Below, one piece after another: positions 30,241 through 37,597 of a stretch of DNA of 40,460 nucleotides. Each line of letters opens with the position of its first letter. Positions within the stretch are counted from its first letter, which is position 1. The notes beneath the pieces were generated by a model. It worked only from the letters and a program-made list of their open reading frames with translations. It was not told where the DNA came from and ran no database searches. The translations under genes were made by a program, and so were the position numbers. The stretch comes from an uncultured bacterium (lineage in GTDB: Bacteria; Lernaellota; Lernaellaia; Lernaellales; Lernaellaceae): assembly GCA_964534375.1 (NCBI GenBank), contig CAZHPN010000036.1, forward strand, positions 1 to 40,460, in the 5' to 3' direction.

Positions 30241-31904
30241 GACGCCTCCATCTCGAAGCCGCCAAAGGCATCGAGAGTCAGATAGCCGCCCGTGACGTTG
30301 ACGACAGAAGCGAAACCGTTTTCCTTGAGAATGCGAAGCGCCAAATGGGCGCGGTAGCCGCCGCGGCAGTAAACCGCGATGGCGACGTCCCGCGGAATCG
30401 ATTCGAGTGCGTAACGCAACTGGTCCACGGGGATGTTCACAGCGCCCTTCAGACGCCCGCGCTCGAACTCGTTGAGCGTCCGCACGTCGAGCAAGAACGG
30501 TTTGCGGCCGGACGCGATCGACGCGCTGAGTTGCTCCGCGGTCGTCAACGCACCGAATCCGGAGATGTCGTTCTGGCCGACAAAGGCCGCGATGTTGACC
30601 GGATCGTTGGCCGACGAATACGGCGGCGCGTAGGACAGGTCGATCTCGGCCAGATCGTGCAACGTTTGACCCGCGTGCAGCGCCGCGGCGAGCACGTCGA
30701 CGCGCTTCTCGACGCCCGCGCGGCCGAACGCTTGGCCGCCGAGCAGCCGCGCCGTCTTTCGGTCGTAAACTAGCTTCAGCGTCATCTCGTGCGCGCCGGG
30801 GTAATAGCTCGCGTGATGTTCCTTGTGGATCACCGCCGTGCCGATGTCGAACCCCACCTTTCGCGCCGCCTGCTCCGACAACCCTGTCATCGCGACGGTC
30901 GCGTCGAACACCTTGACGGCGAACGTGCCCAGCACGCCCCGGTAAGGCAGCTTCATGCCGAGCGCGTTGGACGCGGCGATGCGGCCCTGCCGATTCGCCG
31001 GGCCAGCCAGCGGCATTCGTTGTCCCTGGCCCGTGACCAAATGCCGGGTTTCGATAATGTCGCCGGCCACATAGATGTCCGGGTCGGAACTCTGAAGGAA
31101 TTCATTCACCACCAAGCCGCCCGACGGTCCGATGGCGAGGCCGGCGGCTTTCGCCAAGGCGACCTCCGGCCGCGCGCCGACGGCGAAAAGCACGATGTCC
31201 GCCGGCTCGCGGCGGCCGTCGGAAAGCACGACGCGGCGCTCATCCGGCAGAATCGCCTGGACGCTGGCGCCGGTGATAATCCGCACCTCGTTGCGCTCCA
31301 GTTCGCGGGCGACCAGGGAAGAAAAATCGCGGTCCAAAGCGAACATCAGGCTTGGCTGTTGCTCGACAATCGTCGTGGCCAGCCCGCGCTTGCGGAACGC
31401 TTCGGCCATTTCGACGCCGATGAATCCGCCGCCGACGATCAGCGCGCTCTGCGCCCGGGGTTCGTCGATGGCGGCGTGCAGGCGATCCATGTCCGGCACG
31501 GTCCAGAGCGTAAAAACGTGCGGCGCGTCCGCGCCGGGAATCGGCGGCGTCACCGGGCTGCCGCCCTGGGCCAGGATCAGTTTGTCGTAGGGCAGCCAGG
31601 TTTGTTCGCCCGACGGTCCGGCCACCAACACGCGCCGGCCCGCGCGGTCGATTGTGACCGCCGCGGATTGCAGCAGCACCCGGACGCCGTAGCGCGCGTC
31701 GAAACCCTCGGGAGTCTGCAACAACAGTGAGGAACGTTTTTCGATGTCGCCCCCGATGTAGTAAGGCAGTCCGCAATTTGCGTACGACACGTAGGCGCCG
31801 CGTTCGATGACGGTGATTTCCGCCTGCTCGCTGATGCGGCGGGCGCGGGCCGCCGCCGTGGCGCCCGCGGCCACGCTCCCGATGATGACCAGTCGCGTTT
31901 TCAT
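30237..31904 (-). CDS. CoA-disulfide/persulfide reductase with C-terminal rhodanese domain (CDR-RHD/Npsr-like)
   Basis: SYANCGLPY redox Cys, GGGFIGVE, LAGPANRQG, YAPPYS, LDVRT...YCRGGYRA. Confidence 0.93.
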   Translation of the reverse strand: MKTRLVIIGSVAAGATAAARARRISEQAEITVIERGAYVSYANCGLPYYIGGDIEKRSSLLLQTPEGFDARYGVRVLLQSAAVTIDRAGRRVLVAGPSGEQTWLPYDKLILAQGGSPVTPPIPGADAPHVFTLWTVPDMDRLHAAIDEPRAQSALIVGGGFIGVEMAEAFRKRGLATTIVEQQPSLMFALDRDFSSLVARELERNEVRIITGASVQAILPDERRVVLSDGRREPADIVLFAVGARPEVALAKAAGLAIGPSGGLVVNEFLQSSDPDIYVAGDIIETRHLVTGQGQRMPLAGPANRQGRIAASNALGMKLPYRGVLGTFAVKVFDATVAMTGLSEQAARKVGFDIGTAVIHKEHHASYYPGAHEMTLKLVYDRKTARLLGGQAFGRAGVEKRVDVLAAALHAGQTLHDLAEIDLSYAPPYSSANDPVNIAAFVGQNDISGFGALTTAEQLSASIASGRKPFLLDVRTLNEFERGRLKGAVNIPVDQLRYALESIPRDVAIAVYCRGGYRAHLALRILKENGFASVVNVTGGYLTLDAFGGFEMEAS

Positions 31905-31925
31905 ATCTCGATGCTCCTTTTCTTT

Positions 31926-32348
31926 TCACTCGGCCATGGCCGCGATCAGGGCGGCCATGCCGCGTTCCGCCTCCCGCCGGGCCTTTGGGGAAAGGCGCGC
32001 CTGCAGCGCCGCTTCGCAGTTGTCCAAGAGGCCCTGGATCTTCGCCTTGATTTCCGCACCGCCGGCGGTCAGCGAATAATGCTGCACGCGCCGGTCGTCC
32101 TGTTCTTGCGCGCGCCGCAAATGGCCTTGCTGCACCAACCCCTCCGCCACGCGGCTCAGCCGCGAAGCCGAGAGGCCCAGCCGATCCGCCAGATCGGCGC
32201 CGCTCAGCGTTTCGCCGCGCGGAAACGCGCTCAGGCAATGATATTCGGAGACGCTCAAACCCAGGCTCGCGCGCAAGGCGTCTTCCATGCCCTGACAGCG
32301 CCGCTTCAAGGCCATCACCTGGTCGACCAACCGTTCCGTTTTTTCCAT
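31926..32348 (-). CDS. MarR family transcriptional regulator
   Basis: LSVSEYHCL, DLADRLGLSASRLSRVAEGLVQQG, DDRR..LT; ATG 32348. Confidence 0.9.
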   Translation of the reverse strand: MEKTERLVDQVMALKRRCQGMEDALRASLGLSVSEYHCLSAFPRGETLSGADLADRLGLSASRLSRVAEGLVQQGHLRRAQEQDDRRVQHYSLTAGGAEIKAKIQGLLDNCEAALQARLSPKARREAERGMAALIAAMAE

Positions 32349-32366
32349 CGCGCCGCCCCTTCTAAA

Positions 32367-32423
32367 TTGCCAATAGCAATATTTGCCAGTAGCAAGTTTA
32401 TGGCCGCGTCCGGGCGCTGTCAA
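32367..32423 (-). promoter_or_regulatory. sigma70 promoter and tandem palindromic operators of the MarR operon
   Basis: Minus strand TTGACA-17 bp-TAAACT; TTGCCAATAGCAA (32367-32379) and TTGCCAGTAGCAA (32383-32395) lie just downstream of the -10. Confidence 0.72.
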
Positions 32424-32506
32424 GAGAATCGCGGCGTTTTTCGCCTCGTTTGCGCCGCTCGCCGCTTTTCTTGTACGATGTCCGCGGACTTTTTCGGGTC
32501 GAGGCA

Positions 32507-33085
32507 GTGAAGAATCCGCGGCGTTGGCTCAGTTCCTTGGTCCTGGCTTATCTGGCCGCGGCGTTCGCCGTCGGCGCGGGCTACGGCTATCGCTGGGTGA
32601 TGGATCAGGCGCTGGTCGGCTACCGCGGCATCAAGGATTTCCAGCTCGAACAGTGCAAAATGCGCGATCTCCGCCGCCGCCTGATTCCCGGTGTGCCGGC
32701 CGCGCGGGAACGCATTCTGCGCGAGGAATTCGGCGAGAATCTGCCGGAAGCAGCCGAAATCATCACCGACACACGGCTGGTCAACGTGTGGGAGAAATTC
32801 CTGATGGCCATGTTCGGCGTGCAGGCGCTGGGCGTCGCGCTGTATCTCTTTTTCTGGCGCAAGAAATCGCTCGGCCGGCGGCTGGCCGTCGCGGCGGCGT
32901 CGCTGGCGCTGGGCAGCCAGGCGCTGCCGCTCCTGATCATGCCCGATGAAGCGCTGCGGTTGGTCCGCCGCTACGGCATGCCGTTTCTCGTCGCCGCCGC
33001 CGCGTATCTGGCGTACGAGGTCGCGCGCGACCGCCTGGCCGCACGGCGCGCGACGCCGCCGGCCCTTGCGGAGAAGACCGCATGA
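32507..33085 (+). CDS. Hypothetical membrane protein (about 4 TM helices)
   Basis: GTG after GAGG; hydrophobic helices; ATGA overlap with the kinase gene. Confidence 0.65.
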   Translation: MKNPRRWLSSLVLAYLAAAFAVGAGYGYRWVMDQALVGYRGIKDFQLEQCKMRDLRRRLIPGVPAARERILREEFGENLPEAAEIITDTRLVNVWEKFLMAMFGVQALGVALYLFFWRKKSLGRRLAVAAASLALGSQALPLLIMPDEALRLVRRYGMPFLVAAAAYLAYEVARDRLAARRATPPALAEKTA

Positions 33086-34515
33086 GGCCGTTTTACCCGA
33101 CTGTCAAGAAGATCGCCGGCCTGACGGACGTCGAACCGCTCGGCAGCGGCGGGATGGCCGAGGTGTACCGCGCGCGGCGCAAGGCGAAAAAGGGCGGATT
33201 CGTCGCGGTCAAGGTGTTGAAGGACGCGGCGACGTTGGGGCCGGTCTCCGATTATGCGGAGCGCTTCGAGCGCGAGTGCCGCACGGCGATTGCGCTGAAA
33301 CACCCGCACCTCGTCGCCGCCTACGAGACGGGCGTGATCGACGAGCGGCCGTATCTGGTGATGGAGTACATCGACGGCTTGTCGGCGGACCGGCGGGTGC
33401 GGCTCGAGGGGCCGCTGCCGGTCGACGAGGCGCTGGCGATTTTCGCGCAGGTCGCGGAGGCCGTGGCCTACATGCACCGCGAGGGCTACGTGCATCGCGA
33501 CATCAAACCGTCGAACGTGCTGCTGGCGGCCGGCGGCGTGGCCAAGCTCAGCGATTTCGGGCTCGCGAAAACGGGCGACGACCCGTCGATCACGCTCGCC
33601 GGCGGGGTCATGGGCACGCCGCATTACCTGGCGCCGGAGCAGATCAGCGGCCCGCACATGGTGGATCGCCGGGCGGACATCTACAGCCTCGGCGCGACGC
33701 TCTATTTTCTGGTCGTCGGCGAACCGCCGTTCAAAGGCGCGACCGTGCCGCTCGTGCTGACGCGGCAACTGACTGACGCGATTCGTTTTCCGGAAAGTTG
33801 GACCACGCCGCGTCACCAACGGTTGATCGAGATGATCGAACGAATGACCGCGAAATCGCCGAACGACCGCCCGCAATCGATGGACGACGTGCTGGCCGAA
33901 CTGGCGTGGGTGAAGAAGGGGAAAGCCGTCAGCCCCGCGCGGCGCCGGGGTGCGGGGCCCATTGCGCGGCGCCGGAAGAAAACGACGCCGCCCACGCCGG
34001 CCAAAAACGTATACGCCGACGTGATGCTGCCCGACGAGTCGCGGCGGCTGCTGCGCCTGGCGGCCGGCCGCGTGCTGTTTTACGAGGATGACATCGCCGA
34101 CGCCGTGTTCTGGCTGCTGCGCGGCCGCATGGAAGTCTTGCGCGGCGGGCGGCGCGTCGCCGTGATCGCCGACACCAAAAAAGTCCTCGGCGAGATGGCG
34201 ATCGTCAAAGGCACCTTGCGGTCGGCGACGCTGCGCGCCTTGACCGACAGCCTCGTGTTGCGGGTCGGCGCGGAAGAATTGACCGGCTTCCTGGCGAAGA
34301 ACCCGCGCATGATTCAGTCGATCCTCGCCGACATGGCCGAACGCATCGACCGCACGAGCACCCGCCTGCTCGAAGCCGAGTTGCAATTGGACGACCTGCG
34401 CAAGGCGCTCGACCAGGTCGCGGCCCGGCTCGAAAACGGCAAGGGCAAGCCGGGCGAGGTCGCCATGTTGTTGCGCAGCCTGGCCGTCGCCGAAGAAATC
34501 ACCGGATTGAATTAG
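33082..34515 (+). CDS. Hanks-type Ser/Thr protein kinase with C-terminal cyclic-nucleotide-binding domain
   Basis: LGSGGMAEVY, VAVK, HRDIKPSN, DFG, GTPHYLAPE; then FYEDD, GRMEV, GEMAI, RSAT (cNMP fold) and a coiled coil. Confidence 0.92.
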   Translation: MRPFYPTVKKIAGLTDVEPLGSGGMAEVYRARRKAKKGGFVAVKVLKDAATLGPVSDYAERFERECRTAIALKHPHLVAAYETGVIDERPYLVMEYIDGLSADRRVRLEGPLPVDEALAIFAQVAEAVAYMHREGYVHRDIKPSNVLLAAGGVAKLSDFGLAKTGDDPSITLAGGVMGTPHYLAPEQISGPHMVDRRADIYSLGATLYFLVVGEPPFKGATVPLVLTRQLTDAIRFPESWTTPRHQRLIEMIERMTAKSPNDRPQSMDDVLAELAWVKKGKAVSPARRRGAGPIARRRKKTTPPTPAKNVYADVMLPDESRRLLRLAAGRVLFYEDDIADAVFWLLRGRMEVLRGGRRVAVIADTKKVLGEMAIVKGTLRSATLRALTDSLVLRVGAEELTGFLAKNPRMIQSILADMAERIDRTSTRLLEAELQLDDLRKALDQVAARLENGKGKPGEVAMLLRSLAVAEEITGLN

Positions 34516-34591
34516 TGCCGCGTTGCATTTTCCCCATGCTCGGTGCAAGACGACTCCGGGACGAACGCGTTCGAAAGCGAGGTTTCGCCGC

Positions 34592-36247
34592 ATGCCGCGA
34601 TTGATCCACGTGCTGCTCAACAAGCAAGCGATCGAGGCGCCGATCAATTCGAGCGTCGCCGAAATGCTGGCCGAGCATCCGCACCCCGGCGAATTCAAGC
34701 CGCTGGGTGCGATCATCAACAATCAGCTTTCCGGCCTCGGCCGCCGGCTGCGCGGCGATTCCACCGTCGAAACCGTCGACCAAACGTCGAAGGCCGGCAT
34801 GGAAATTTATCGGCGCACGGCGGTGCTGCTGCTGACCCGAGCGGTCGAACGCCTCTGCCCGGAATGCCGCCTGCTGGTCGGCCAGTCGATCGCCAACGGC
34901 TATTTCTTCCAACTCCGCGGCCGGCCGATCGATCCGGCGCTGGTGAAAACGATCGAAACCGAAATGCTGCGGCTCAGCGACGCCGATCTCCCGATTAAAT
35001 TTTCGATCGTGCCGGTGGAAGAAGCGATCCGCTCCTACGACGAACGCGGTCTCGACAGCAAGGCCGACATTCTGCGCATGAGCCGTTTGAGCGAAGTGCT
35101 GATGGCCAACCTCGACGATCGCATGTCGTTTCCGTACGGCCCGCTGGCGACGCACACCGGCGTCGTGCGGAATTTCTCGTTGATTCCGTACGAAGACGGG
35201 ATGGTCTTGCGGTTCCCCGATCGCCGCGGCCGTCTCGTGAAACGGCTGCCGGCGCAGCCGCGGCTGTTCGGCGCCTTTCGCGAGGCGCAGCGCTGGAACG
35301 AACTGATCGGCGTCGCGAACCTGTCGCAGTTCAATCGCGGCCTCATCGAAGGCCGGGCCGGGCAACTGATCCGCCTCGCCGAAGGCCTGCACGAGAAGAA
35401 GCTGATCGAAGTGGCGGACCTGATCGCGGCCCGCCGCGACAAGGCGCGGCTGATCCTCATTTCCGGCCCGAGTTCGTCGGGCAAGACGACATTTTCCAAG
35501 CGGCTCGACATTCAATTGCGCGTGAACGGCATCGAACCCGTGATGCTGAGCCTCGACAATTATTATCTCGCGCCGGACGAAACGCCGAAGCATCCCGACG
35601 GCCGTCCCGATTTCGAACACATCGAAGCGCTCGACCTGCCGCTGTTGCGCGAGCAACTCCCGCGGCTGATCGCGGGGGAAAAGGTCGAGACGCCGCTGTT
35701 CGATTTCAGCGTGCACCGCCGGCGGACCGACAAAACGCTGCCGGTCCAGTTGGGGCCCGACCAGGCGCTGGTCATCGAAGGCATTCACGCGTTGAACCCG
35801 CGGCTGACCGAGACGATCGCGCGCGACGTCAAGTTCAAGATTTTCGTCTCGGCGCTTACCCAACTGATGATCGACGAGCACAACCGCGTGTTCACGGCGG
35901 ACAGCCGCCTGGTGCGGCGCATCGTCCGCGACCGCCTCTTCCGCAACTACAGCGCGCAGGGGACGATCGAAATGTGGGACAGCGTGCGCCTGGGCGAGCA
36001 GCGGTGGGTCTTCCCTTTTCAGGAAGAGGCCGACGTGCTGTTCAACTCCGCGCTGATCTACGAGCAGGCCGTGCTGACCACGTACGCCCGGCGCTTTCTC
36101 ATGGAAGTGCCGCGCGAGACGCCGGCCTTCGTCGAGGCCGACCGCCTGCTGACGTTCCTCGAATTGTTCATCCCGATTTTGCCGGAAGAAGTGCCGGGCA
36201 CCAGCGTCTTGCGCGAGTTTATCGGCGGCAGCGTCTTTAGCTATTGA
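34592..36247 (+). CDS. Nucleoside (uridine) kinase with ThrRS/AlaRS-like N-terminal domain
   Basis: YRRT, GQSIANG, ISGPSSSGKTT, SLDNYY, IEGIHALN, RLVRRIVRD, FPFQEEADVLFNS, REFIGGS. Confidence 0.9.
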   Translation: MPRLIHVLLNKQAIEAPINSSVAEMLAEHPHPGEFKPLGAIINNQLSGLGRRLRGDSTVETVDQTSKAGMEIYRRTAVLLLTRAVERLCPECRLLVGQSIANGYFFQLRGRPIDPALVKTIETEMLRLSDADLPIKFSIVPVEEAIRSYDERGLDSKADILRMSRLSEVLMANLDDRMSFPYGPLATHTGVVRNFSLIPYEDGMVLRFPDRRGRLVKRLPAQPRLFGAFREAQRWNELIGVANLSQFNRGLIEGRAGQLIRLAEGLHEKKLIEVADLIAARRDKARLILISGPSSSGKTTFSKRLDIQLRVNGIEPVMLSLDNYYLAPDETPKHPDGRPDFEHIEALDLPLLREQLPRLIAGEKVETPLFDFSVHRRRTDKTLPVQLGPDQALVIEGIHALNPRLTETIARDVKFKIFVSALTQLMIDEHNRVFTADSRLVRRIVRDRLFRNYSAQGTIEMWDSVRLGEQRWVFPFQEEADVLFNSALIYEQAVLTTYARRFLMEVPRETPAFVEADRLLTFLELFIPILPEEVPGTSVLREFIGGSVFSY

Positions 36248-36256
36248 GCCGCGCGG

Positions 36257-36916
36257 TCACTCCAGAATCAGGTAGATGTTCTTGATCAACTGGCCCCAAT
36301 CGAGCTGCTCCCGCCGGAACCGCGCGGGCATCCAGCCGCCGGTGAACTTTTTTCCCGCATCGTAGGGCTCGACAATCAGCGGGTAGCTCACGGTCATCCC
36401 CACGCCGACGCCTTTGTAAACGATTTCCAGGCCCGCCTCGGGCATGGCGTACGGCGTCCACGCGTCGGCGACGCCGCCGAACGTCCGCCGGCCGACGCCG
36501 GTCAGCATTGGCCCCGCGCCGACGGAGAAACGCGCCACCGGCCGGATGATCCCGCCGAACAGCCCGGCATAGCGGTACGTGACGGAACTCTGAAAATTGG
36601 CGGTCGCGAGCGGTCCGCCCCACGGCAGGTTCTGCGGCGACTCGAAGAGGTTGTTGGTCCACACGACCTGTTGCGCGCCGCTGCTCCAGACGCCGAACGA
36701 CGTCGAATAGAATTGCGGCGTGCCGGGAAACGGATTGACGAAATACGGGGTCGGCGGCGCTTCGTCGGCGCCCTTGTTCAGCGGCGGGAAGGTCATCGCC
36801 GGCGGCGGCGTCGCCTCCGCGTCGGCGGCGGATTGCGCCTCGGCTATGGCGCCGGCGCCCGACGCCGCGAGGAACAGCAGCGCCGCGAACATCCACGGCC
36901 AATGCCGCGCCGCCAT
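36257..36916 (-). CDS. Hypothetical secreted protein, possibly a small outer-membrane beta protein
   Basis: Signal peptide, Pro-rich linker, alternating hydrophobic strands. Confidence 0.6.
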   Translation of the reverse strand: MAARHWPWMFAALLFLAASGAGAIAEAQSAADAEATPPPAMTFPPLNKGADEAPPTPYFVNPFPGTPQFYSTSFGVWSSGAQQVVWTNNLFESPQNLPWGGPLATANFQSSVTYRYAGLFGGIIRPVARFSVGAGPMLTGVGRRTFGGVADAWTPYAMPEAGLEIVYKGVGVGMTVSYPLIVEPYDAGKKFTGGWMPARFRREQLDWGQLIKNIYLILE

Positions 36917-37164
36917 TGGCTGATCCTTTCCTACAATCCCTTTGTTACTTTAATCCCGACGGCCGCGGGCGCCAAGCCGGCGCAAGAATCCGCGTGAGCT
37001 ACCAACGCGGATAGTCGACGCCGACGGTTTTTACGCGGCCGGCGGATGCAGCGTCGGGGCTATGGTCTGGCGGGAGAAAAAGCAACGCGTCGCGCCGGCC
37101 AAGGCGTTGCTGGCGACCACCGGGCGCGAAACCCGCAAACCGGCCGCGTCGAATCCCCGTGGTG

Positions 37165-37288
37165 GGTGCTCGACCGCGAGATCCGCATCGCCGATCTGGC
37201 CGTCACCGCCGCGGCGATGTTCGGGCTGGAACTGCGTTCGTCGGTCGTCGGCAAAGATTTGAGCGCGGACCTCGCGAATTTCGGCTAA
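37165..37288 (+). pseudogene. Probable 3' gene remnant (alkaline-phosphatase/sulfatase-like C-terminus)
   Basis: VLDREIRIADLAVTAAAMFGLELRSSVVGKDLS with host-like codon usage and no credible N-terminus. Confidence 0.35.
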
Positions 37289-37508
37289 TCCAGAAACATC
37301 TGCGCATTCGCAAACGCCAACGTCGCGTATCGCGAAAGCCGTAAGTGACGGCGGAAGGACCGTTCCTCAACGTGCGGAAGGATCTCTCGTCGTTCCCGCT
37401 GGATGACATGTCGGAAGGGTGGGCACGGCAGAGTTCAGTCCACCGACGGGCCATTACCGTCTGTTTTTTTGTCGGTCTGTGATTTTTTGATGAGTTCACA
37501 TTTTCCGC

Positions 37509-37537
37509 TTGACACCATGCAACACGTCTGTTAAAAG
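37509..37537 (+). promoter_or_regulatory. Putative sigma70 promoter of the RHS gene
   Basis: TTGACA-17 bp-TAAAAG; GGAGG RBS before ATG 37598. Confidence 0.45.
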
Positions 37538-37597
37538 GTCACCACCCCAGAAAAATAAAAAATTGAATAGTGCGCCAACGCGGAAGCGGAGGTAGTT

